Part shown: piece by piece, positions 26,839 to 38,595 of the stretch | Layout of the letters: each line of letters opens with the position of its first letter | Position numbering within the stretch: the first letter of the stretch is position 1 | NCBI RefSeq assembly: GCF_006345805.1 | Contig: NC_043021.1 | Location: forward strand, 7,130,001 to 7,194,000 | Source: Octopus sinensis | Lineage: Eukaryota | Length of the DNA stretch: 64,000 bases | Direction of reading: 5' to 3' | Notes under the pieces: generated by a model | Databases searched by the model: none | What the model was told of the DNA's origin: nothing | Seen by the model: the letters and a program-made list of their open reading frames with translations, nothing else | Program-made: the position numbers and the translations under genes

Positions 26839-27568
26839 AGTATACAGAAGTTCTCATGGATAGCTAGACTTGAATTTTCTATTATTGCCTAAATAACTGT
26901 AATAAATAAAAAGGGACTGTGAACTGAGCCCTTATGAATATCTACCTGTATGCTAAATTCCACACTAAACTCATTAATTTTAATTTCACTTATAACACCT
27001 ATGGAAATAACTTGCAAGACTCTTCCAAGTCATTCGTCTGCACCCAATTTTTTAACAGCAACCAGACTACAGATTATGGTACCCTCTCAAAGGTCTTCTC
27101 CATGTCAGCAAATGCTTGATGTAACTCTTGGCACAGAATCTCTGTTGTCATACTTAGAAAGGAACATTTTTCTAAGTCTGGTACTTATTCAATTGGTCTC
27201 TTTTGCTAAATTGCTAAGTTAGAGGGACATAAACACACTAACACTGGTTGTTAAATGGTGGTTGGGGACAAACACAGACACAGAGACATGCATGAGGTGA
27301 TGACAAGTGATCGAGACTTTTGGCGCTTTGCTGTGCTTGAGAAGACTTGTCAAGTGAAATCGTAGTTGTGGCCAGTGCCAGTGACATGTAAAAGGCACTC
27401 ACTACACTCTCGGAGTGGTTGGCATTAGGAAAGGCATCCAGCCATAGAAACTAAGCCAAAAGCAGACTGGATCCTGGTACAGCTCGCCGTCTTGCCTGTT
27501 CCAGTGAAACTGTCTAACCCATGGAAAGAGGATGTTAAAAATGATGGTGATGGTGATATCTATATATA

Positions 27569-27802
27569 TATATTTCTTTATTGCCCACAAGGGGCTAAGC
27601 ACAGAGGGGACAAACAAGGGCAAACAAAGGGATAAAGTCAATTAGATCGACCCCAGTGCGTAACTGGTACTTAATTTATCGACCCCGAAAGGATGAAAGG
27701 CAAAATCGACCTCGGCGGAATTTGAACCCAGAACGTAACGGCAGACGAAATACGGCTACACATTTCGCCCAGCGTGCTAACGTTTCTGCCAGCTCGCCAT
27801 CT
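27569..27802 (-). mobile_element. SINE family C copy with an 18-bp TSD
   Basis: Direct repeat TGGTGATATCTATATATA at 27551 and 27803. Confidence 0.9.
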
Positions 27803-28734
27803 TGGTGATATCTATATATACAACTGGCTTCTTTCAGTTTCTGTCTACCAGATCCACTCACAAGGCTTTAGTTAGCCCAAGGTCATAGTAGAAGACACTT
27901 GACATAAGTGCCACACAGTAGAACTGAACCCAGAACCATATGGTTGGAAAGCAAGCTTCTTACCATACAGCTAGTAGTTGTAAGATTTGAACTTAAAGAC
28001 CCACTGGCCAGTAGACCAAGTGACAGAGTACTCTCCCAGACTTCACAATTATTGTGCCTCTTTAAAGACTTACACCTGCAAATAATAAAGGGAATCTCCC
28101 CCACCCCTCTTTCTACGGAGGGGTAGAGAGGTGGGGGGGAAGATTCTCATCCATTGTGCTTTCATTACCCTCTTATTTACAAGAGGGTAGTTAGTGAAAA
28201 GGCAAAGGTTAATGTAGTTTGCTGCTAATTAAATTACTTCTCACCTAACCCTTATGTAGAGTGAAGTGGATAGAGAGACCGTTATTGGTTCATCAGTTGA
28301 AACCATTCTTCTCAGAACTACCCTAGCATCCCATCTCACCCTCTACTTCACCATTCTCATCAAGAATGTCCCAGGTTTCTTGTTCAGTTTTCGCTTAGTT
28401 TCAAGTTGTCGACATTAGTGAGGGGTACCAATTACGATTGTTGTTGTTGTTGTTGTTATGCAAGCTAATGTAGACATTGGTTACATCTTGTTTCTCTCCT
28501 GCCCACCCACCCACCCATTTCACACATTCTCATTTTTTTCCTTGTGTGTGTGTGTGTCCGTATGTGCGCACACACTTGCACACGCATACATGCGTAGGTA
28601 CAGAAATATCCTCTTCTGCCTTCTTTCTATCTATATGTGTGTGTCTACACTGTGGGTGAGAGATTTTTTTTGCACAACCATTGGCAAAATAAAGTGTGTG
28701 AAAGTATATATATATATATAATATATATATATAT

Positions 28735-28755
28735 AAAAGAGAATGCATATATATA

Positions 28756-28787
<32 letters not shown>

Positions 28788-28810
28788 TTAAAAGAGAATG
28801 TATATGTATG

Positions 28811-28848
<38 letters not shown>

Positions 28849-28853
28849 AAAGA

Positions 28854-28908
<55 letters not shown>

Positions 28909-28925
28909 GAGAATGTATATGTATG

Positions 28926-28963
<38 letters not shown>

Positions 28964-28968
28964 AAAGA

Positions 28969-29021
<53 letters not shown>

Positions 29022-29041
29022 AAAGAGAATGTATATGTATG

Positions 29042-29077
<36 letters not shown>

Positions 29078-29084
29078 AAAGAGG

Positions 29085-29115
<31 letters not shown>

Positions 29116-29170
29116 AAAGAGAATGTATATGTATGTATATATATATATACACACACACACACAAAAGAGG

Positions 29171-29201
<31 letters not shown>

Positions 29202-29203
29202 AT

Positions 29204-29205
<2 letters not shown>
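28735..29205 (+). repeat. Higher-order minisatellite built from microsatellites (~115-bp unit, ~4.5 copies)
   Basis: AAAAGAGAATG starts at 28735, 28790, 28905, 29021 and 29115; full units continue (TA)n(CA)n AAAAGAGGA (TA)n. Confidence 0.92.
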
Positions 29206-29253
<48 letters not shown>

Positions 29254-29680
29254 GGTGAGTAAAGTTAAGGAGAGTGCAGGAAGTAGTCCTCTGAGATAGA
29301 CCAGTCAAGTGGAGCACATATTGTATGTGGTGGTCACTTGAGTAAGAACTGTCTACTACTTAGTTTGAAAACAGAAGCTGTGAGGAGGAGATAGTGAAAT
29401 AGAGAAATAAAGCAAACGGAAGATAGACAGAGACATAGAGGGGGGAGGAAAAAAGATAAACAAACAAGAGCAACAAGCTGGTTCACTTGATGCAACAACA
29501 TAACTTTGCCTTTTGGACATCTCTTTACTATTCATTGTAAATGTGTTGCCGTTATGAGACTGCAGCCTTGATGCAATACTATACGTGTAAGCTATGCTTC
29601 AATCTAATATGCATGATGCCTTGTTTTGCATGGTATAGGCATAGACCCATGTTAATAGATTTAACATACTCACACACGCT

Positions 29681-29724
<44 letters not shown>

Positions 29725-29734
29725 ATATATATAT

Positions 29735-29926
29735 GATAGACCGTTAGCTCCTACACGCATTTTTTTCTCTCCTTGTTTCTTTTCTGTGTACCTTTCTGTT
29801 GAAGAGCGTAGGCTCGAAACGTAAAAGACTTGTTCTATTTCTATTCCTGAGCGCCATACTAATACATTTGTTTGTTTGTACTCCACCTGCCTTCGTCTTT
29901 TGTTTATTTTCTTATACCTTCCCGTT
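29735..29926 (+). mobile_element. Penelope-like terminal-repeat remnant embedded in (TA)n
   Basis: Carries a hammerhead-like motif at 29792-29827; flanked by (TA)n on both sides. Family assignment is inferred. Confidence 0.5.
29792..29827 (+). ncRNA. Candidate minimal hammerhead ribozyme with atypical core
   Basis: CUUU-CUGUUGAA-GAGC GUAG GCUC-GAAAC-GUA-AAAG: stem I CUUU/AAAG, stem II GAGC/GCUC, palindromic ACGU stem III. Confidence 0.4.
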
Positions 29927-29957
29927 ATATATATATATATATCTATCTATATATATA

Positions 29958-30035
<78 letters not shown>

Positions 30036-30675
30036 TACGTATACACATACATATGCAGGTGTACACACAATGCATGCTCACAAAATCACACATACTTACA
30101 CACACACACATTGTGTATGTATATCATTTATCAAACTATAAATTTGTGCAATGTCGAAAAACTTTGATGTGTGGAAGTATGATTAACTTTACATTCTTTA
30201 CTAGACTATTGTGTGTGTGTCTGTGTGTGTGTGCATGGTGCAATGATGTCCATGCATATATATATGCATTAGTGTATGTGTGTTGTGCATGCATACGTAT
30301 ATATGTGTATACACATACATACATACATACACGTGCGTGCGTATATTTAAGTTTGTGTGTGTGTTTGGCTGGTCATGTGTTTACATTATGTATGTGAATA
30401 TATGTTCCTGGACATGTATGTCTGCACATACATGTAAGTATATGTCTGTGTTTGTTTCTTGGTCGTTCCTTTTATTCTTTCTTCTCTGCCAATAGCTCTT
30501 TGTTTGTTTACATTTGTCGCCCTACTCCACACGTCAGTGTAAACTCCTTGTTTAATACTTGCGTTGTTCTATTGTACGTTTTGAACTCTTGTGGCTTAAT
30601 ATACTATGGTCAGCTTCATCTTTCACCCCTTTGGGGTTGATAAAGTACCAGTCAAGTACTGGAGTCAATGGTATT

Positions 30676-30895
30676 GGCAGAATCGTTAGCACGCCGGGCG
30701 AAATGCGTAGCCGTATTTCGTTTGCCGTTATGTTCTGAGTTCAAATTCTGCCGAGGTCGACTTTGCCTTTCATCCTTTCGGAGTCGATAAATTAAGTACC
30801 AGTTACGCACTGGAGTCGATATAATCGACTTAACCCGTCTGTCTGTCTTTGTTTGTCCTCTCTGTGTTTAGCCCCTTGTGGGTAGTAAAGAAATA
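30676..30895 (+). mobile_element. Young SINE family C inserted into an older relative
   Basis: 6-bp TSD GGTATT (30670, 30896); the old SINE sequence resumes after it. Confidence 0.88.
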
Positions 30896-31164
30896 GGTAT
30901 TAGCTTACCTCCCTCCTCAAAATTGCTGGCTTTGTGCCTAAATGTGAAGCAGTCGGTGAGCTGGTATGATTGTTACCATGCCAGGCGAAATGCGTAGCAG
31001 TATTTTGTTTGCTGCTACGTTCTGAATTCAAATTCCACCAAGGTCAACTTGGTCTTTCATCCTTTTGGGGTTGATAAATTAAGTACCAATTGAACACTGA
31101 GGGGACAATGTAATTGACTCATCCTCTTCCCCAAAATGGCTGCCCTTGTGACAAAATTTGAAAC

Positions 31165-31209
<45 letters not shown>

Positions 31210-32203
31210 CATCATAAAGGTGGCCAACTGGCAGAATCATTAGCGTGTTGTGGAAAATGCTTAGCAGCATTTCGTCTGTCTTTATGATCTTATGATCTGA
31301 GTTTAAATTCTACTGAGGTTGACTTTGCCTCTCATCCTTTCAGGATGAGACGAATGAAAGATGAATAACAAGAAAGGGTTTTGGGTGTAGGGGGCATGGA
31401 GTGAAATTGTTGTTTGTGAAATCATCCAAGCAACCAAGTGGGGGGGTTTTCGGAATCTAGGATTGTTGTTTGTGAAACTAGTAAACATTTTAAAAGGACT
31501 AAATAATACTGCTGACACAATTAGCCGAGAATTTCTGACAAGAATCACAACGAGAGCACTTGAGCTGTGATTCCTTCCCTACATTTATGGTGTTGTTTGT
31601 TTATGAAGTCATTTTGCATTCACACACACTCATTCATGCATATGTACACGTACACACACACATATGGATGCACACATGCACACTAACCTCCATTCTCCTT
31701 GGCTCTCTTGCTTTTCTTTTCTTTTTCTCTCTTGATTTATTTACATTTTTTTTTTGTAATTGCAAGCTAAACTATTTCTGAATAACTTCCTGCTGGTATA
31801 TTTGTGAGTGTGTTTATGTGCGGTTGTTTGTCTGTCCCTTGTTTCCCCACTCCCTTCTCCTCTACAGGAAATAGTCCACTCTAGTTTCCATAGTGCTTGC
31901 GTCCCTTCAGCGGCACTCCCCCCCCCACTCTCTCGCTCTCTCTCCATGTGTTTGTGTGTGTTGGCTGCTGATCAACCTATTTTAAGACCGCAGAGTGAAT
32001 TAAGCTTGTGGGGGAGTTGACTGTTATTTCTAGCGAGTTAAGCAACTCCATAAACACTTCCTTGTTTACTTGAGAGGATTCTTTGTTGTCTAATTATAAA
32101 ACAGCTGTTGTATGCATTACACACATAGTGGTATCATCGCATTAGCATAATATGTCAATCAGTATTGCTGTTATACTGTTGTACAGCTGTTGTATTGCCT
32201 TAT

Positions 32204-32350
32204 GTCCATTGCCAGTTGTGCAACTGTTGAATTGTCGCATATCTATTGCCTGTTGTGCATCTTTTGTATTGTTGTATATCCATTGCCTGTTGTGCATCCG
32301 TTACTATTGTCACATGTCCGTTCACAGTTTGTATCTGCTGCATTGTCCAT
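32204..32350 (+). repeat. Degenerate ~37-bp tandem repeat (about 4 units)
   Basis: Recurring (g/a)tc(c/t)attgcc(a/t)gttgtgca....attgt. Confidence 0.7.
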
Positions 32351-32359
32351 TGATTATTG

Positions 32360-32990
32360 TATATGATGTATTGTCACATGCAAAAGTATGCTGTTGTGAA
32401 GAACTCGGTGCAGATGAGTAGGATATGTTGGAAGGAAAGATGATTGCTGCATTCCAAAAATTATTTTGTGTGACCAACAAGTAGAGGGATTCCATGGTAA
32501 AGGAAGGTCTGTCCTTAGATATAAGGATAAGTTAAAACAATCACTAAAGTCTCTACAGCTTAATTTGACATCTTGGAATGTCATTGCCTAGATCAGTGGT
32601 TTTCAACCAGGGTTCCGCCAGTACATTCTAGGGGTTCCGCAAGAAGTTACAAAACTGCTAAAATCGGCAGTAATTTTTAATTCTCCTGTGCAGATATGTG
32701 TGCATAAGACTATTAAATCATTGCACAGGGATTCCTCGAGCCAGTGGAATGTTTCCTTGGGGTTCCGCTCCAGCAAAAAGTTTGAAAAGCACTGGCCTAG
32801 ATTGGTCTGCATGGCGTAAAATGTGTCACGATGCATCAGAACAACTTGAGGTGAAGAAACAGAACAATAAAAGGAATATATCCTGCAATCAACAGACACA
32901 TTTTCCCAATCCCAGGCAAAATCTAAATCATCATCGTCCCCATTGGGACTTCATAGCAAAATCCATACCCGGACTCAAATTATATCCATG
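32360..32990 (+). mobile_element. RTE/BovB-like LINE 3' fragment split by a hAT MITE
   Basis: IPKIIL...GKGRSVLRYKDKLKQSLKSLQLNLTSWNVIA [MITE] DWSAWRKMCH...IGLHS. Confidence 0.8.
32594..32794. mobile_element. hAT-like MITE, 201 bp
   Basis: TIR CAGTGGTTTTCAA / reverse complement CAGTGCTTTTCAA; perfect 8-bp TSD GCCTAGAT. Confidence 0.93.
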
Positions 32991-33597
32991 CATCCATTGC
33001 AAATAAATGCAGCATCTTTTATTCTTTTAAAGTTGTTTTTTTTCCTTTGTCTCACATTTTTGTCTTTTTCTCAATTTTTTTTTTTTTATAAATCCTCTCC
33101 TTCAAACTGGACGGGAGTGACCATCGTCACATGATCAATGCCAGTTGTACATCTGTTCCTTGCATCTCATATATCATTCTAGTTATTATCAAAACATTTG
33201 CTGCTTGTCATTGTGCATCTTGTTACACATTGTTTAGTAATTGTATGACTTTTGTCACATCTCTTACAAAATATTCCGTTGTGTTGCATTTACTCCTTGT
33301 ACAACAAAACAACTAGTTTAATATTCCATTGGGTCACACGCCTTGAAGATTTTAGCCAAATGACTTGACCCCAGTACTTATTTTTTAAAAGCCTGGTACT
33401 TATTCTGTTGGTCTCTTTTACTGAACAACTAAGTTACGGGGATGTAAACAAACCACCACTGGTTGTCAAATGGTGGTAGGGGGGACAAACACAGATACAC
33501 ACACACACACACACACACACATATGATTAGCTTCTTTCAGTTTCTGTCTACCAAATCCACTCACAAGGCTTTGGTCAACTGAAGGCTATAATAGAAG

Positions 33598-33827
33598 GCA
33601 GTGAGCTGGCAGAAACGTTAGTACGCCGGGCGAAATGCGTAGCTTTATTTCGTCTGCCGCTACGTTCTGAGTTCAAATTCCGCCGAGGTCGACTTTGCCT
33701 TTCATCCTTTCGGGGTTGATAAATTAAGTACCAGTTATGCACTGGGATCGATGTAATCGACTTAACCCGTTTGTCTGTCCTTGTTTGTCCCCTCTGTGTT
33801 TAGCCCCTTGTGGGTAGTAAAGAAATA
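33598..33827 (+). mobile_element. Young SINE family C nested in a family B SINE (33340-33920, minus)
   Basis: 11-bp TSD TATAATAGAAG at 33587 and 33828. Confidence 0.92.
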
Positions 33828-34117
33828 TATAATAGAAGACACCTACCCAAGATACCACACAGACTGAAACCGGAACTATTGGTTGGGAAGCAAGCTTCTT
33901 ACCACACATCCATGCCTGCATACTTTTCTTCTTATTTATAAATCCAAACATTCATGTATGAATCATATATTGTGTGTGACACACATGAGATCAACAACTG
34001 TATTCAAACACACCTTTGTTGTGCCAAACAGTATACTGCTTTTGATCCACACTTACCTATTGAACTCATTTAGTGAGGACTTCTGTTTTCATTTTTGCTT
34101 TTTTTCTGTATTTTCAG

Positions 34118-34193
34118 ATGATCAGTTAGGTGACGGTGAATCTCTCACTTCCAATAACACAGCTTGGCGACAAGGCAGACAACTTCTACGACA
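34118..34193 (+). CDS. STRN3: Striatin-family coding exon, 76 nt (start of the calmodulin-binding segment)
   Basis: Pyrimidine tract + ttttcAG|, donor CA|GTAAGT. Phase 1 entry fits the previous exon. Encodes DDQLGDGESLTSNNTAWRQGRQLLRQ (striatin WxQGRQLLRQ motif). Confidence 0.96.
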
Positions 34194-35327
34194 GTAAGTA
34201 CAACCCTGTACAACCTCCTATATATCTCTCTCCTCTTTGTACCGCCTCCAATTACTACTAATATTACTACTACTACAACAAACAATTGAAATAGCTTCTC
34301 GCCATCTTGCTCTTGCTCTTGCTTGTCTCGATATGTAACTCTTGAAGTCCTGCAGTACTTCTTCTATATAAAGCTAATCCTGTTAAGAAATAAGAGATTG
34401 AAATAGAATGCCCAGTAGAGCGCTCCTACAAAAAGTTTGCCTCTTAGGGGCAGCAAGGATTATCAGGAGAGTTCTAAACACTTAAAAGACTGCCGAAAAC
34501 ATGTGGATATCTTAGGTCACAAGTAATAACCTGCTACCCTCATAAATCCTATCAGGAATAAGACCAAACCTGAGCTTTGTTCCTTCAATAATAACATATA
34601 AAAAGCACCCAGCACACTCTGTTAAGTGACTGGCACGGGCATCCAGCCTTAGAAACCATGCCACAATAGACAGGGTCTGGACAGCTCCGTGTCAAATTGT
34701 CCATTCCATGCCAGCATGGAAAGTGAACATTAAATGATAATGATGATGTCTCAAAGTTAGCAGTATTAGGAAGCTGGGGTAGTTGATTACATCAACTCCA
34801 GCATTTGACTAGTACTTGATTTTTATCTATCTTGAAGGAATGAAAAGTAAAGCTGCCGACCGTAGCAGAATTTGAACATGGAACATGCTGAGTCAGAAAA
34901 AATGATACCAAGAATTTTAGTTGAAGTGCTAATGAATCTGTCAGCTCACTGCCTTAATAATAATGATAATAATAATAATAATAATAATAATTGTTTCAAA
35001 TTTTGGCTCAAGGCCAGCAATTTCAGGAAAGAGTTAAGTTGAAAGGATGTAAGGGAAAACAGATCTCTGTGAAATATGAACTTCAAACATAAAGACAGAT
35101 GAAATGCCACCAAGTGTTTGCTCAGCATGTCAGCAATTCTGCCAGCTCACTGCCTCAATGTTCAGTTATGATAAAAACAATTTCATGTTAATCTGATGGA
35201 TTACTCTATACTTTTGTAGAGTACAAATTTATTATTCTGTTGACAGTGACTTCAAAGTTTTGGCCAGTTAAGCCATCATTGGAGTGCCAAAACTTCTTAG
35301 TCAGCATGAACAACATTCTTATTTAAG

Positions 35328-35359
<32 letters not shown>

Positions 35360-35366
<7 letters not shown>

Positions 35367-35760
35367 TATATTAAATTAAATTAGAGATAAGACCACTATT
35401 AGGCAAATCATACAATGAAAAACTTAAGCCAATACATAAGATTAATTAATTTATATTATTTTAAATATATATCAAAATTATTAAAAAAAGATAATTGGTA
35501 TAACACTACGATCGTTTCATGGCTGTCCAATTCGAGTTACAGTCATTCTTCAGGTGATTTAAATATTTAACTTAGCGAGGTTTAATCAATGAATATATAT
35601 ATATAAAATTAAATAATAAGGGTAGAAATTGATGCTAATCAATTAAAACCAGTGGCTTAGAATATTTAAAAATCCGAAGATTAAAAATTGCGTTACATAC
35701 AAAATTTAGAGGAATGACCACTAAAGTGGACACCCTATTTGCTTAGCATAGATGTCAAAT
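35360..35760 (-). mobile_element. Penelope-like terminal-repeat/3' remnant
   Basis: AT-rich element adjoining (TA)n and carrying a canonical-core hammerhead motif. Family assignment is inferred from that motif. Confidence 0.5.
35504..35556 (-). ncRNA. Candidate minimal type I hammerhead ribozyme
   Basis: Minus strand CAC-CUGAAGA-AUGACUGU(AACUCGAAUUGG)ACAGCCAU-GAAAC-GAUC-GUA-GUG: intact core, 8-bp stem II with one mismatch, palindromic stem III loop, stem I CAC/GUG. Confidence 0.6.
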
Positions 35761-36311
35761 CGCCATTACCACAAAGAATGTGTTCTCAAAGAAAAAATCT
35801 CAGCAAAACGCCAAAATGTAAAAATGAGCAAGACAAATGAAAACATACAAAATAAAAACAATACATATAAAGAAATGAAAAAGTAGAGGTGAAAGAGCAC
35901 AAAGTTAGATTGTTAGTAATGGGGGTGTCCATGGCAACAACTACAGAAGTGGAATGTAGTTTATGAACAAAGTATAAGGACACATATAAGAGTTATAGAT
36001 AATGAGTTGGGATAAGGTAAAGGAGATAATTAAGCTTGAGGTAAGTCATATTTGGGTTGTAAAATTAACTTCTTGATCACGATAGATTTATGGTGTTCTG
36101 GGCAGAAAGATCTTGACAGGCTGGCAGTTTGCATATTAATGTAGTTGCTACCTTTTAACAGTAGCTGACTTTTATCATTTTAAAAGGCATGTATAAATCA
36201 CACTCATGTTTAAAGTTCCTGACAGAGTGCATATACACAGTCTTGTAAATATACATACATATATTCATGTAAACAAACATAAACATATGTGTGTGTATTC
36301 ATATATGTATA

Positions 36312-36350
<39 letters not shown>

Positions 36351-37599
36351 CTATACATATACATAAATGCAGGCACTTCATACTGGTAGCGTCTCATTTA
36401 CACACACCCATGCATAGAATATAGGTAGTTACAGGCAGACCTATTGCCTGCTGCTAGTATAATACTTTTGCAAGTTAGAATGAGGTCATGTGTTAGCTTC
36501 CAAGTTCTCTGGAGCTACTTAATAGATTTGATGTGTATATAAATGGATTGGCTACTTGGTTTCTCTGGAATTGGTTAAGTGATGTAGACACCTCTGGTGA
36601 GACCTGAATGAGGGTTGAAAATCGATTTAGGCTGTTTGTCATTTTTTTCATTTATAGAGAAATAAATAAATTTGGCATGTTTCTATGTCTATTATGTAGG
36701 TGTGTGGCCTCGCGATTAAGGTACTGCGCTCATGATTGCAAGGTCATGGTTTTGATTACTGGACTGGTCAGTGTGTTTTGTTCTTGAGCAGAACACTTTA
36801 TTTCATGTTGCTCTGTTCTATCACTTCAACATGTGGCATGTACAGCACACACATTTGATCAGCATAAGCTAATCATCTGTACAGGTTGTTCACCAAGAAG
36901 TTATGGAACCCTCAACCATATTTTACGACATGAAAGTCCACCATTACAAACAAGATGTAATCTAAAATTATACACATGTAACCATAGATTGTCCCATGGA
37001 TATAAACTCTGAGCAGTATAAGATTTTGTGAGTTCAACCGTGATGATAAAAGCAAGGGTATGTATGGAATAAATGAAATTTTATCTGGCAAATATACCAG
37101 TAACAGGAGGAAATTAGTGTTTAGGTGTTATTAAAGTGTGGCAAAGTCAATAGTAGTACCAATAATGTCCATGATATTACCTTCGTTATTAGTGTAACTC
37201 AGGGATACATAAGTTATTATTTGTTGTGGTGTAGGATGATAGAAGAGGGATTTTGAAGAGAATGAGTGCAAGAAGTGGGGTGTTTAGTAAGCTATAATGT
37301 ACTGTTTAGACAGTGTATACTAACAAAGAGAAAATTATTTCACTAAACTTCAGGGTAGTGATTAATTATCATATATTCATATTTTAGGTTATCACTAATA
37401 CCATGGTACTGAAATGTCTATTTCATTCTATGTTCACAGGAAACCGGTAATTTGTTTTGTTTATTTAACGAGTGTCCTGTGTTGGTAAAGAGTATCTTCA
37501 ACTCTTCTCTAGTACTCAGTCCACAAGCTTGTCTTTTTCCTCTGATGATGATATTTGTGATTATGTTTGACGCTCTCTCTCTTTTCTCCACTATTTCAG

Positions 37600-37776
37600 A
37601 TACTTACATGAGATTGGTTACACCGATACCATAATTGACGTCAGGTCAGCAAAGGTGCGCTCCTTACTGGGACTTCAACCTCACAACTCCGAAACTGATT
37701 GTACCCAAGCAGCACTGATCAATGGAGAACAACCAAGTAAACCAAGACCTGTTGATGAAGAACCCCAGACAAAAAG
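37600..37776 (+). CDS. STRN3: Striatin-family coding exon, 177 nt
   Basis: ctatttcAG|A TAC TTA...AAA AG|GTAAGC. Encodes YLHEIGYTDTIIDVRSAKVRSLLGLQPHNSETDCTQAALINGEQPSKPRPVDEEPQTK (cf. striatin YLQEVGYTDTILDVRSQRVRSLLGL). Phase 2 at both ends. Confidence 0.97.
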
Positions 37777-37856
37777 GTAAGCATCGGCGCATGATATTGC
37801 CAGTCTGTCTGTCCAGGTGTGTATGGGAAATAGATGAGAAAACCTTACCTTAAGAT

Positions 37857-38063
37857 CAGTGATTCCCAAATCTTTTCAGGCTGCTGCCCCATGGCAGATA
37901 GGCTGCATTCCTAGCCCCACCCCTCCTTCATGCACCACGACTACCACTACAAACAAACAACTGTATTTCACAAATAAAACTTTACCTAATTATTGCCCTA
38001 CTTCAACCCCACCCCCACAGATCTTTTCACTGCCTCCACTGAGGCCTACTTTGGGAACCACTG
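37857..38063. mobile_element. hAT-like MITE, 207 bp
   Basis: TIR CAGTGATTCCCAAA / reverse complement CAGTGGTTCCCAAA; flanks CTTAAGAT and CTTAGAT(C), an imperfect TSD. Confidence 0.85.
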
Positions 38064-38339
38064 CTTAGATCATAGAAGAAAGCAATGAATAATGGGATGA
38101 AGAAATTGGAACAAAATTTTATAGAGTATGAATAACTCATGAAAGATGTCTGTAAGAATCTTGATGTAAATTTGCCCGGATATACTGATGCCTACCCCAC
38201 TTTAACATGCAACAGGTGTGGATATGTCTGGCAGGTATTAGACATTATCAGAGAAGCTACATACACAGGGAAGTGGTTAACTTTGCATTATACAGCATCT
38301 CTACTTGCAAGGAGTGTAGAAAATAATGTGCATCGGGAG

Positions 38340-38595
38340 ACTGACTGAGACAGCATATGAAGGTTCACCAAGACACTACAGCCGAGGAGAGACGGATTCA
38401 GTCAGCAGAACAGAAACGCCAGATGCGGAAAGCCAGAGCCACCTGCACCAATAGCACAGCCCCTACCCACTTCTGCCCCACCTGTAAGAGGGGCTTTCTT
38501 GCCCGGATTGGCCTCACCAGCCACCTCTGGTCTCATAGCAGCAATTCCACCAAATGATGTCAATGGTCATCTTTGAACCCAAAGGACGAACATTA
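38340..38595 (+). mobile_element. RTE/BovB-like LINE 3' end with C2H2-like finger
   Basis: EERRIQSAEQKRQMRKARA...HFCPTCKRGFLARIGLTSHLWSH. A more decayed similar remnant lies at 38064-38250. Confidence 0.85.
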
